A stretch of DNA of 64,000 nt from contig NC_068988.1 in NCBI RefSeq assembly GCF_001194135.2, positions 40,962,032 to 41,026,031 of the forward strand. Reading direction: 5' to 3'. Made by a program: the position numbers and the translations under genes. Source of the stretch: Octopus bimaculoides (lineage: Eukaryota). Position 1 is the stretch's first letter. Every line of letters starts with the position of its first letter. Below are positions 51,963-64,000 of the stretch, piece by piece. The notes beneath the pieces were generated by a model. That model was not told where the DNA came from. It saw nothing but the letters and a program-made list of their open reading frames with translations, and made no database searches.

Positions 51963-51998
<36 letters not shown>
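51714..51998 (+). mobile_element. RLE-type (R4/Dong-like) LINE 3' end with (TAA)n tail
   Basis: LGAVS...IKEIRIECPVELLRKVYLLSTVRIIGKVLD (compare GALG.V...IELLQK..LLGTARI.RKVL), short UTR, TAA repeats at 51957-51998. Confidence 0.75.
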
Positions 51999-52001
<3 letters not shown>

Positions 52002-52209
52002 CCTTTCTTTTATATACACATGGCCTGAAATTTTGGAGGAGGAGGCTAGTCGATTACATTGATCCCAATGCGTAGCTGGTACTTATTTCATCGACCCCGA
52101 AAGGATGAAAGCAAAGGCTGACCTCGGCAGAATTTGAACTCAGAACGTAGCGACGGGCAAAATACTGTTAAGCATTTCGTCAAGCGTGCTGATTCTGCAG
52201 CTCGCAGCC
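51998..52209 (-). mobile_element. SINE family A sharing the AAT tract with the preceding LINE end
   Basis: AATCCTTTC...GGCCTGAAATTTTGG...ATCGACCCCGAAAGGATGAAAG...GACCTCGGCAGAATTTGAACTCAGAACGTAG. Confidence 0.85.
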
Positions 52210-52847
52210 CTAGTCTATCTATGTCATCAAACTGATATCGTAGTGGCTGGAACGCCTTGGTCATACATCTATCGAAACAGAACCAACTTCGAGCTAAACA
52301 GCAACAGCAAACATAAAGTAAAATGAAAACAATAAACAAAATGGAAGACATAAAAATCAAAATAATAGAGTAGAGGATAAAAGAAACTGAAGACACGAGG
52401 AGAATGTCGAAATAGATGCTTATATGTTCATGAGAATGCGTGTCTGTAAGTATGTGTGTGTGTAGAAATATTTTGAGGAAGCTATTTTAAATCTTTAATA
52501 GCCTTACTGTATCATCTCCAATCTATCCCGCTGTGGTTCGCCTGTTATATTTTAAACTCACTCCTCTTCTCGCAGTTTAATCGACATCATCAAACTACGT
52601 TTAGCTATCTAACAACAAACAACGTGACCACACAACCGTAACAGTCTTTTCACCTTTCTTTCTCTCCTAACATTGAAAACACCTATATAACAACAGTAAC
52701 AACAGTAGCACACACACAGAAACATATACTCATACATACATACATACATACATACATACATACATACATAGTACGTACGTACGTACGTACGTACAAACAT
52801 ACATACATACGAACGTACGTACACACATACATACATACATACATATA

Positions 52848-53216
52848 TGTTGGCATTCTGTCGCTTACGACGTCGAGGGTTCCAGTTGATCCGATCAACG
52901 GAACAGCCTGCTCGTGAAATTAACGTGCAAGTGGCTGAGCACTCTACAGACACGTGTACCCTTAATGTAGTTCTCGGGGATATTCAGCGTGACACAGTGT
53001 GATAAGGCTGGCCCTTTGAATTACAAGCACAACAGAAACAGGAAGTAAGAGTGAGAGGAAGTTGTGGTGGAAGAGTACAGCAGGGTTCGCCACCATCCCC
53101 TGCCAGAGCCTCGTGGAGCCTTAGGTGTTTTCGCTCAATAAACACTCACAACGCTCGATCTGGGAATCGAAACCATGATCCTATGACTGCGAGTCCACTG
53201 GGCCATTGCGCCTCCA
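52848..53216 (-). mobile_element. tRNA-derived SINE with Deu/Nin-like central domain (family E)
   Basis: GAGGGTTCCAG.TGATCCGATCAACGGAACA...TCGTGAAATTAACGTG...GTGGCTGAGCACTC.ACAGACAC is shared with 62576; tRNA-like head GGGAATCGAAACC...CCACTGGGCCATTGCGCCTCC. Confidence 0.85.
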
Positions 53217-53969
53217 CACATACATACACACATACATACATACATACATACATACATACATACATACATACATACATACATACATACATACATGATGGTT
53301 TCATACTTGAATATTGCTATCGCCTGATCGGAATTCCTACACATGCGAAGACTATGACCAGCCATTTTTATGATAGGTCTTACTTTTTTTTCTTTTCAAA
53401 TACCTGTGCATGATTTTTTTTTATAGTGAGGAAAGGATTTGAACAAATTCAGTCCCACTCTCTGAACATGGACAGCATAAACAGCGGAGGGGCTTCCCAC
53501 TCTCAGTGGACCAACAGCGCGCCTGGACCCCAACCTAGGTACTTCCACGTCCCCGCGCATACATACAAGCATAGATAAACATGTACACATATTGTTGGAT
53601 AGCCGTTGACTGCTCATAAGCTCTTCCGCCCTTTGACAGCTCTTATTTTTCGTCTTGCAGGATGTCCAGCAATCACCCTCCTCACCAAGCAAGCTCTTGG
53701 ACGCTACTGGTAACATGTAACTCAATATAACCTGTTGCATGGTCGGGTCATCGGCGACTAAACATCAAGCTTGCATACGTACATACATACAAACATACAA
53801 ACATACATACATACATACATACATGCATACATACTTACACACATACGTTCATGTGTGTGTGTGTGTGTGGAAAGAAGCTTGTTTCGATTTCAAGGAAATT
53901 CGACCACGGCGGAATTGGAACTGAAAACGTAAAGACGTGCAAAATGTCGCCAAATATTTTGTACGGCGT

Positions 53970-54038
<69 letters not shown>

Positions 54039-54039
54039 T

Positions 54040-54127
<88 letters not shown>

Positions 54128-55040
54128 AATGCATAGGAAACATCTATACTCTCTCCTTAACAGCACACGTTCACAGATAGCTATACCTACAGTGAGAGAG
54201 GTGGGGAGACAGACACACACACATACGCACACGCAGATGGTGAAAGAAAGAAAGAAAAAGAAAAAAGAATGAAAGAAAGAAAGAAAGAATGTGGAAAGTA
54301 GGCAGGCAAGAAGGCAGGCAGACAGGAAAGCAAGCAGGCAAGCAGACATGCAGACAAGCAGGCAGGCAGGTATAGTCATCTTTTACGCTTTCTTTGCATT
54401 GCAACATCCAAAGAATAGAGCTTTTTTTGTCACGGCAGAACAATAACAAGAATGAAAAGCGACAGTCCTACTCTCGAGTGTAGACGGGACATATAATCAC
54501 ACGCACACAGGCGTAAACACAATAATAAGCGTATATATAAACAAACAGTCACTGATATATATGTATACATAAATACATTTATACAATAATGACATACATA
54601 TGAATGCATACTTACATACACAGAGCCACACAAACGGGTAGGTATGTATTATATTCTATAAAATATAATAAGAAGGAAGAGAAAGTTGAGCCGTATGGGG
54701 GTGATACTTGACAAGGTACTCAAATAATATAATTCAGCGTACAGAGTTAAAAACAAGAGGGAGGTTCGCATACAATGCGTGCTTCAAAAACAAGGAAAAA
54801 CAAATAAGAAAGAAAACACAACGGGCGAATAAAAAGAGATTGGATGAAAAGAGGCTTTAGTGTTGGCTATTCTGTCATCCCTGGTTTTGTATCTTATTTA
54901 TTTACGCCTTTCTATAAAAGAAACAGGATGTAGCAAAAGGAAATAGAGACCGGGTCTCACAACCTCATTGAATACATACATAGATGCATACATACGTACA
55001 TACATACATACATACATAAATTCATATATATATATGTGTG

Positions 55041-55098
<58 letters not shown>

Positions 55099-55525
55099 GG
55101 ATTTGGTTTACAAGATTCTTTATGTGAGTTCGTGTGTTGAAGCATATTCTGTTGTGTCTGGGGAGAGTCATTTCCTTTTTGTGCCGTATAATTTAACACA
55201 CTCACCGGTAAAATCTCCACTTATTCCTTATTTTCATTTTCTTAAAATTTTCGTTGCAACCTTTTTATTAAATCATTTCAGAATACGAAAATTTGACATG
55301 CTTTAACTGAAGACGTATGTAATGGAAGAATTATTTCTTACTTGCTTAATTATCCGAAACACTTGTATCAAATACATTCACAGCATTATTATTTGGTTTT
55401 ACTTTATTATTATATGCTATACGATTCCAAAGAATTGCAATCTAGCTCGTCCTTGCTTTGTTTACACAAGACATCTAGCAATGCTGTATTCAAGAATGTA
55501 TGTACATATATATATATATACATAC

Positions 55526-55574
<49 letters not shown>

Positions 55575-56014
55575 NNNNNNNNNNATACGATTCCAAAGAA
55601 TTGCAATCTAGCTCGTCCTTGCTTTGTTTACACAAGACATCTAGCAATGCTGTATTCAAGAATGTATGTACATATATATATATATACATACATATATATA
55701 TATATATGTATGGGGCTGGCCAGATTGGAGCAATTTCGAGTATAACAAGCTGAAATTGCAAAGATAATCTGGAACTCGATGAGGAATTGTTGGGTAGTCG
55801 CCAACAAATTGCGTTCTCTTCACTAATAATTGTGGTAAGCGCGCGAAATAATATGCTTAATGGAATAATTTTAATAACTATTTAATTAAATTTTAATAAT
55901 TATTTGGTTTAATATCTACTTCTACATACGTACTTGCATATATATGTGTATAGATTATATATAGTACTCTTTCTTAGTATAGAAATGCATGATCCAACAA
56001 ACAATTACATAGCT

Positions 56015-56527
56015 CAGGTGTCACAAAACTACGGCCCGCGAGGTCAGTTCATCCCGCCCGCAGCCGCTCTATACCTTTTGTGTAAGTACCTGCATTTACC
56101 TCTGGTATGGCATCGGTGCTTGAAACAATTTATGTCTGTGAGCTGACATTTTCAAAAATGAAGTATGTGAAGTCAGCACATTGAATGAGGTTGACTAATG
56201 AACATTTAAAAGCAATTCTCTTGGTTGTATGCCGCAATTCCAAAGCAAATATAGATGATATCTTAAAAGCTAAACACCAATTTCACAAATCTCACTAACC
56301 TTTTTGACTGCTTAGTTTGTGAGATTCGGATATATTCGCACTTGGTATGCTATAACTATCTTATTGCTAACGTTGCCTTCTTTGAGAACTCTTTGGTGAA
56401 TAAATATGTTGGTTATCTTTATTTTTTGTGTGTTCACTGTATTGTATTAAACAAAATGGTTATGCGGCCCGCTCACGTCGTTCTCTCAGTTATCAGGCTC
56501 ACCGTGAAAAACGTAAGGTGACCCTTG
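56015..56527 (+). mobile_element. hAT (Charlie-like) internally deleted DNA transposon with 8-bp target-site duplication
   Basis: ACATAGCT duplicated at 56007-14 and 56528-35; ends CAGGTGTCAC / GTGACCCTTG; subterminal CGGCCCGC at both ends; remnant YVCELTFSKMKYVKSAH*MRLTNEHL...QFHKSH* (hAT C-terminal dimerisation domain). Confidence 0.88.
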
Positions 56528-56767
56528 ACATAGCTCGATAGTTTTTCAGAATATCGTTACAGTAGTCAGACTCTCAGACAATTCATTTATATAATGAAAT
56601 ATTATGTTTGTATGTATGTATGTATGTATCATATATAACTATGAAGAACAGCATGTAAATATTGGGTTGTAAAAACCCTTATGGATAGAAAAGGTCGAAG
56701 GCAGATCGATATACGTATACATGCATATGCATGGAGGTATGTTTGTAATATTTGTAAGCATGTTGAA

Positions 56768-56987
56768 GCGGCGAGCAGACAGAAACTTTAGCATGCCGGG
56801 CGAAATGATATTTCGTGACATTTCGTCTGTCTTTACGTTCTAAGTTCAAATTCCGCCGAGGTCGACTTTGCCTTTTATCCTTTCGGGGTCGATAAATTAA
56901 GTACCAGTTGCGTACTGGAGTCAATCTAATCGACTGGCCCCCTCCCAAAAAATTTCGGGCCTTGTGCCGAGAGTAGAAAAGAATATT
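56768..56987 (+). mobile_element. SINE family A, well preserved
   Basis: Full head-to-tail match, in the opposite orientation, to 31131-31353. Confidence 0.9.
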
Positions 56988-57312
56988 TGTAATCATGTAT
57001 TCGTGCGAATATGTTTGAGAAAGAGAGAGTGAGTGAGAGNNNNNNNNNNNNNNNNNNNNNNNNNNNNNNNNNNNNNNNNNNNNNNNNNNNNNNNNNNNNN
57101 NNNNNNNNNNNNNNNNNNNNNNNNNNNNNNNNNNNNNNNNNNNNNNNNNNNNNNNNNNNNNNNNNNNNNNNNNNNNNNNNNNNNNNNNNNNNNNNNNNNN
57201 NNNNNNNNNNNNNNNNNNNNNNNNNNNNNNNNNNNNNNNNNNNNNNNNNNNNNNNNNNNNNNNNNNNNNNNNNNNNNNNNNNNNNNNNNNNNNNNNNNNN
57301 NNNNNNNNNNNN

Positions 57313-57359
<47 letters not shown>

Positions 57360-58849
57360 CTGTTCATTCCGGTTCAGTTCCAACAAGCTGATACATGAGC
57401 AAAAGAGCCCTAGCCATGAACACCCTCACTTTTCTCAGATATTTGGATTACATTATTTAATGTGTCCGATGGGATTGAAATGTGAAGGAATTTGACTGTT
57501 ATTTACAACAGATTGAACAGTCATACAGAGGACGAATAGACGTTCATGAGTGAACAATATTTGTTGATTACCTCTCTACAGTGACGTAATTATGAGGACT
57601 TGTTATCAAAAGCATTCAAGCCGTGACATAGCATATATTTATATGTATGTTCAGTGTAGCATACATTTGAGAAGCGGCTTTTCTTTGTAAGATATTTAGG
57701 TGTTATGTTTTGAAAGTCAAGTGACAACGCAGAGGTTTACAAAACGCGGGAAAAGATATCAGAGTAACAGTTTGATTTTATTCTATTACCAGTGACTCAC
57801 ATTGGTAAAAAAAAAAAGAAAAAAGAATCATTCTGAAAACAGATTCATCACAACAGTTTTATTAGTATTTTTTTTCGGCTCTTCCTTATATACATATATA
57901 AATATAAATACATACACACAAATATATATATATATATATATATATANNNNNNNNNNNNNNNNNNNNNNNNNNNNNNNNNNNNNNNNNNNNNNNNNNNNNN
58001 NNNNNNNNNNNNNNNNNNNNNNNNNNNNNNNNNNNNNNNNNNNNNNNNNNNNNNNNNNNNNNNNNNNNNNNNNNNNNNNNNNNNNNNNNNNNNNNNNNNN
58101 NNNNNNNNNNNNNNNNNNNNNNNNNNNNNNNNNNNNNNNNNNNNNNNNNNNNNNNNNNNNNNNNNNNNNNNNNNNNNNNNNNNNNNNNNNNNNNNNNNNN
58201 NNNNNNNNNNNNNNNNNNNNNNNNNNNNNNNNNNNNNNNNNNNNNNNNNNNNNNNNNNNNNNNNNNNNNNNNNNNNNNNNNNNNNNNNNNNNNNNNNNNN
58301 NNNNNNNNNNNNNNNNNNNNNNNNNNNNNNNNNNNNNNNNNNNNNNNNNNNNNNNNNNNNNNNNNNNNNNNNNNNNNNNNNNNNNATATATATATATATA
58401 TAGTAACAGAAAGGGAGGAATTTCGATTATCCCTACGTGGTAAGCTGTATTATATATAAGAAATTAAAGAAGGAAAATGCTCACACTTTACTTAGTTTTA
58501 ATATAATTTTTAATATATCTTGTATTGTGTTTGTCGACCGTTTTTCCTTTCGTTATTCATCACATTAAAATTTATTTAAATACGTATTTTCTTTAGAAGA
58601 AATTTTTCGGTCCATGTTGTGTGTAAAATTTATGAGTGAATGATTCAACAAGCAGAAAAATCTAAGGGAAAGTAATTGGTTATCGTTATTATTGTCGACA
58701 GGGGAGATAATTTTCAGCTTTCGGTAGAGGGAGGGGAATATATATATATATACACAAAAATTCAAGAACTGGATTAGTGGGGAGAAATATATACTGTGAT
58801 GGGTATGTAATCGTGAATTGGAATATGTAAAGAGATCAAAGTTGGTTAT

Positions 58850-61074
58850 GCGTGATATTTAGACGTTTTCTGTATTTTTCGATGAAAAACTTTTTCTATT
58901 TCAACGTTCTTGTAAAGAAATTGTATCTTTGCGCTGGTAGGAGGGGAAAACTGTGAAACTTGCTTTGATGTTACCTGCACATTTCTCTATGTGTTCACTT
59001 AAAGGGATTTGTCTGTATTGCGGGAAATGGATCTGCTTTTTATGTAGAGTGGTTCTCCGTCTTAATGTCATACTCGTCTGTCCTATATAGTGATGTCCAC
59101 AACCCGAGCAGGTTATTACATAAATTAGGTTCTCAGAGGTGCAAGTGAAGTTGGTTTTATTTGTGAACCTCTCTCTTTGTTTGAAAAGGAAATCTGAGCC
59201 TTCGTGTAGGTTGCGGCATGTTCCACAGTTTGGGTGACCACATTTTTTAACCGTTGGTTGTTGTGTAAAGCTTCGCATATGTTAGAAGTCTCTTTAGCGA
59301 TTTGTGTTGCTCTTTGCATTTGATGAGTTTATGCGCTTTCCGGATATTGTTTATTTTGGGTCTCTAGTTAGTAAAGGGTGATTTTGCACAATAGTATTGT
59401 ATGCTTCATTGTTTCTAAGGTTGTAGGTTGATATATACAGTAGTGTTTTGGGATGAGGCGTGGTGTTATGCTTTGTTGTCCTAGGTGTTTTTATATCTAA
59501 TTCCTTGGCGCGCCTAATTCCATCGTCTATAAGTGAGGGTGGATATTATCTTTCAGTTGGTGTTGTTTTGAGGTCTTGAAGAAGAATGTCCCGAGTAGTT
59601 TTATCAGACACTATTGTGCAAATCATTTTTGCCAAATTAAAGGGGATATTTATTTTGATGTGTTTCCGGTAGCATGAGCTAAAGAGAAGATATTGAGTCG
59701 AGTCCGTTGGTTTATAATAGATGTCAGTTATAATTTGGTTGTTGACTTTTTTTAATCATAATAATCGAAAATGGGAATTGTTCATTATATTCCATTGTGA
59801 ATTGAATGTTACTATTTATATCATTTAGTGTTGATTTGAAGTTCAAAAGTTTGTCAATGGTCTCCTTCGAAATGATAAAACAGTCATCCAGGTATCTTTT
59901 CCAGCTTTCTCTTATGTAAAGGTAAAATGGATAACCATATTTTTGAAGTGAAACTTCATATATGGTGAATAATTCGTTATCAGGTTCGCAAGAACAGGGG
60001 CTGCTTTCGTTCCCATCGCAATTCCGCATTTTTGACAATAGCATGTGTCATCTCAAGTATAAATTTTAAGGATTCAATAATAAAGATCTGATTTATGCTT
60101 TCCAGGCGTACTTCGGGGTACTATTCCAATCCAGAATTTGATTGCTTCTATTCCATAGTCATGTGGGATGTTGGTGTAAAGAAGGAAACCAATAATTCTT
60201 CTTCATTAATTGTTTTTGGTAGGTGCTCTAGCATGTCTAAATTGTCTCTAATGAAACTTTTGATGTATTTCAGCAAGGGTTTCAGTAGGATGTCCAGAAT
60301 ATTGCTTAGGTGGTGGGTCTCGCAGGCTGGGCCAGCTATAATGGGCCTTAAAGTTAAGTCTTCTGGCACTTGGATATTTATGTATTAGCCTGGTGATTGT
60401 TTGCAGGAATCATTAACTATCTTGCTCTTGTGTATTTTAGGAAGGCTGTAAAAAATACTGCGTTTACATTTGAAGTTCGTGATGTAGTCTGTTTCTTTTT
60501 CTGTCAGGCCTTTTCCATGTAGAAATATTAGAGATGCAAGATTTTTCATTGCTTTTTGTTGTTTATAGTTAACAACTTTTCCGTAGAAGGCATCGTTTTC
60601 TAGAATGGATAATACTAGGTTTTATATTATTCTGTGTCCATCAGGACTACAGTACTTCCATTGTCTGCCTCTTTAATAGTGAGGTCTTTGTTGCTTTGTA
60701 GGTCAATTAGATTTTTCCATTCTAGATTGTTGAGGTTCGAATTAATTTTTCGCTTATGGAAAGTATTTGGGAAATTTTGGATACGGTCGCAGAAGTCAAC
60801 TAGTGTTTTATTCCTACCTTTATGTGGAAGGTAATTACTTTTGTTTTTAATCAGTGACTCATCTTCGTTATTGTAGTCGGTTAGTGTTTCTGCGAGTCGT
60901 AGTTTTCTGCAGAATTCCGAAATATTCTCTTTAATTTCATCATGGTTAGATCTTCGTGGGGTTAGAGTAAACTTTAATACTTTATCTAGTATAATGATTT
61001 CTGTTGATAAATCTATTACAGTTCTATATTTTAGAGATGATGAATTCTGTACATTATTTACATCATTTACATTT

Positions 61075-61153
<79 letters not shown>

Positions 61154-61182
61154 TTAACCACTACGCAATATGCCCACGGGCA
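58850..61182 (-). mobile_element. Near-full-length Penelope-like element (RT + GIY-YIG endonuclease), frameshifted, with remnant tRNA-like/(TAA)n 5' end
   Basis: Minus strand in order: VIDLS...VLKFTLTP...FCRKLRLAE, LTIKEADNGSTVVLMD, FYSLPKIHK, RPIIAGP, QKCGIAMGTKAAPVLANL, WKRYLDDCF, CGHPNCGTC, TCTSENLIYVITCSGCGHHYIGQT (GIY-YIG), EKFFIEKY...LN. Confidence 0.92.
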
Positions 61183-61204
61183 TATTTTCTTCTGCTCCAC
61201 ATGA

Positions 61205-61500
61205 ATCGTGGCACCTTGAGCAAGTGTCTTCTACTATAGTCCCGGGCTGACCAAAACGTTGTGTGTTGTATATATGTGTGTTTGTATATGAGTTTGTCCC
61301 TCGACCACCGCTTGACAAATGGTGTCGATGTGTTCATGTCCCCGTTATCTAGCGGTTCAGCAAAAGGGACCGGTAGAATAAGCATCAAGCTCTGCAAAAA
61401 AAATAGTAATAATAAGTATTGGAGTCGATTTGTTCGACTAAAATACTTCAAGGCGGTGCCCCAGCATGGCCGCAGTCTAATGACTGAAACCAAAAAAGGA
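61205..61500 (+). mobile_element. SINE family B
   Basis: CGTGGCACCTTGAGCAAGTGTCTTCTACTATAG...GTCCCCGT...GGCGGTGCCCCAGCATGGCCGCAGTC; the 3' body matches 9364-9570. Confidence 0.85.
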
Positions 61501-61727
61501 TTAACAAAGGATATATATATATATATATAATAATATTATTAGGGACAAAATCCAAAATTACAGGTAAAAAACTCAATTAAAATCAATTTATAAAAAATTA
61601 AATTGAGCCTTATAGATAAAGTATATNNNNNNNNNNNNNNNNNNNNNNNNNNNNNNNNNNNNNNNNNNNNNNNNNNNNATATATATATATATACAAATAT
61701 ATACATACATATATATACATGTATATG

Positions 61728-61812
<85 letters not shown>

Positions 61813-62222
61813 TTATTTTGTGTGTGTGTGTGTATAAACATATACATGCATATATATGTATGTATATATTTGTACATATATTTACTCATGTACACTCACA
61901 CACCGATACACTCAGATTTCCAAATAATATATGTTCAAAGTTGTTTCCCACGTTAAGCAATGATATGTTCGTCAACAAATATTCTGTAAGCAGTCATCGA
62001 TCCGAAACAAAGTACATTATTATTATTTTCATTAGTATTATATTCTAGAGAAGTAGATGGGTGGTGGCTTACTATGGTGTCTTTTACTTTTGATTTTATT
62101 TCATGTGGCTATTTTTTTGTGATAAGCTATATCATTTTATATGTATAGATACATAAACTTGTTTTTTTCTTTTTTTCGTTCTGCTAAATCAGTAAGATAT
62201 GACGTGCTAGTTATTCATATAA

Positions 62223-62256
62223 ACTAGCTCGATACCCGCCGCTTTGCTTGGCGGCA
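62223..62256 (-). mobile_element. Helitron-type 3' terminus
   Basis: Minus strand: GC hairpin GCCGC-8 nt-GCGGC, ten further bases, then CTAG followed by T, the canonical Helitron 3' end; the 5' end was not identified. Confidence 0.55.
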
Positions 62257-62575
62257 AGAAGGCAAAGAAAAACATTCATTTATATTGTTTGTCCCTGTAA
62301 AATCCTACCTTGTATATAAGATATATTCAGATTAGATACACATATTTTTTAAACTTTTCTTCTCACTATAAACTTTACCTTTATTTTCATTTTCAAGAAA
62401 ATAGCTATTTTAAGTGATTTTTGAAATTTATGTTGTCTTTTTCAGTGAAGCTTTCACAAATAATATTTGTTTTAAAATTATTTTGTTCCATATTCTGTAA
62501 GCTCGGTATAAACATTCTAGAATAAATATAAATAGTTTTAACGGGGGAGTTCAGAGTAGATAAGGTTATAAATAC

Positions 62576-62896
62576 TGGTACTCCGTCGGTTACGACGAAG
62601 AGGGTTCCAGCTGATCCGATCAACGGAACAAGCTGATCGTGAAATTAACGTGTATGTGGCTGAGCACTCCACAGACACATATACCTTTAATGTAGTTCTC
62701 AGTGAGATTCAGCGTCACAGAATATGACAGGACTGGCCCTTTGAAATACGGGTAGTACTCATTTTTCCAGCTAAGTGGAATGGAGCAGCATGAAATAAAG
62801 TGTCTTGCTCAAGGATACAACGAGTCGCCGAGAATCGAACTCACGACCTTGCGATCGTGAGCCGAATAACCTAACTACTAAGCCATTCGCCTTCAC
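62576..62896 (-). mobile_element. SINE with family C head + CORE-like module + Deu/Nin-like domain
   Basis: Its left part matches 52855-53025 and its right part matches 14205-14336. Confidence 0.85.
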
Positions 62897-63854
62897 TCTA
62901 TAAATATTATCCTGTAAGATTTTGGGTTGAAGAAAAATCCTTGGGTAGAAAATAGCTGATGGCTGCCCGTAGAACACACACCCACATCTGTGAGAATGAC
63001 AGACGTGCTATTTTTATAATATTTACATTCACTGAGATGACTTCTCTACAAAGAACGTTCCTAGTTAAGCTCTGTATTCAACATTATGAAGTCTTTTGGG
63101 TTCTGTAGTTGAATCCCCTTTGATAAACAAATATTCTCAGGTTTATTGATCGCCAGCTCTGCTAACAGCAACATATAATGGCTTGTGTGTGATCGCAGGA
63201 GTCGGAAAATGCAATCAACATATGTTTAAACTCATGTTTGTCTCAAATTCTTATTTATCGACATGATAAAAACAGGCCTTATAAAAAATTGCATATGTTT
63301 AGAGTAAGAGATAAATTGGTGTCAGCTAGTAGAATAGAAATCCGAGGACTGATCAGCAGTCTACCAGTATCAATTCCAGTATGTTCGCTGGCCGTTAGTA
63401 AATTGCTAGTTGCATTGAACAGTGTATACAAGTAGCATTACAGTGCTATATCTGGGGTCTAAATTTTCGGGGAAGCATTGCTGAAGATCTTATATTGATT
63501 TGATGATTTAAAGAGACAAAGTGCTTATATTTAAGGATTTCAAAGTTTCTGTAGTAGAATTTTCGGATCTATTTTAAAATGGGGGCCACATTTTTCATTA
63601 ATGTCTTACGTAGTGTTTTTGGTACGGAAAGACTTTCAAACTTCGTATACTTATCTATTTTGTGTTATAGAACAGAAAAATATTTTTGTATTCCAATTTA
63701 TTTCATGTAAAAAATTGTCTTATTTCGATAATTTCAACCAATCACTGACAAGTATTCAGTTGTTTACATTTACTCCTTTGGCTGATTAAGCGATGTAAAG
63801 CGTATTTAATCTCCATACCTTCGTTTTATTTGCTTTTTTTATTTTAAATTTGCT

Positions 63855-63918
63855 TTAACCCTAACCCTAACCCTAACCCTAGAGTTAGGGTAAGGGTTAG
63901 GGTTAGGGTTAGGGTTAA
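63855..63918. repeat. Short inverted telomere-like repeat (CCCTAA)4-spacer-(TTAGGG)5
   Basis: Direct reading; one TAAGGG variant. Confidence 0.9.
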
Positions 63919-64000
63919 TTGTTTCAGAATCGTTTGTTTATGTAGTCGGCACTTAATGTATATCGGCTGAATGGATGTCAGCGATTGGTTGAAATTACAG

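Noticed and set aside
53640-53720. Possible exon after a strong acceptor (TTTTTCGTCTTGCAG|GATGTC)
   Set aside because: Short frame ending in a stop, no homology recognised and no partner exons; more likely a TE relic.
55420-55710. ~150-bp tandem duplication
   Set aside because: The identical copies flank a tiny N gap, so this is almost certainly an unmerged contig overlap. The same applies to 7880-7920 versus 8310-8350.
58901-59278. Selenocysteine-encoding Naiad-type PLE
   Set aside because: The Cys positions in the linker and GIY-YIG region are TGT/TGC in an open frame; no in-frame TGA at conserved cysteines was seen.
63855-63918. Ancient telomere-telomere fusion site or true telomere
   Set aside because: Wrong orientation for a fusion, only 4-5 units per side, and ordinary sequence continues beyond it.

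Overview
Eukaryotic, AT-rich, microsatellite-dense genomic DNA with about 20 N-gaps, nearly all bordered by simple repeats. The repeat landscape (tRNA-headed SINEs with CORE-like and Deu/Nin-like modules, R4/Dong-like, Tx1, RTE, CR1 and Penelope remnants) looks to me like a coleoid cephalopod, probably Octopus; this is inference from recall, not a search. One host gene is present: the 3' three coding exons of PRDM1/Blimp-1 on the + strand (234-356, 15556-15835, 26144-28164). They encode the PR/SET domain, a Pro/Ser-rich region, five zinc fingers and an acidic tail; the start codon lies upstream of the window. Everything else is degenerate mobile DNA and simple repeats. The most interesting signal is a set of minimal hammerhead-ribozyme (HHR) motifs from several unrelated families, most sitting in inverted-repeat structures, several inside PRDM1 introns. 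In-window sequence matches link one of them (16.4-16.9 kb: tRNA-like Pol III head + (TAA)n + HHR) to the 5' end of a near-full-length Penelope-like element at 58.9-61.2 kb. This suggests a Penelope family with a tRNA-headed, ribozyme-containing terminal repeat. Repeat boundaries were read by eye and are approximate. ORF-track entries made of X or dipeptide repeats are gap and microsatellite artefacts.
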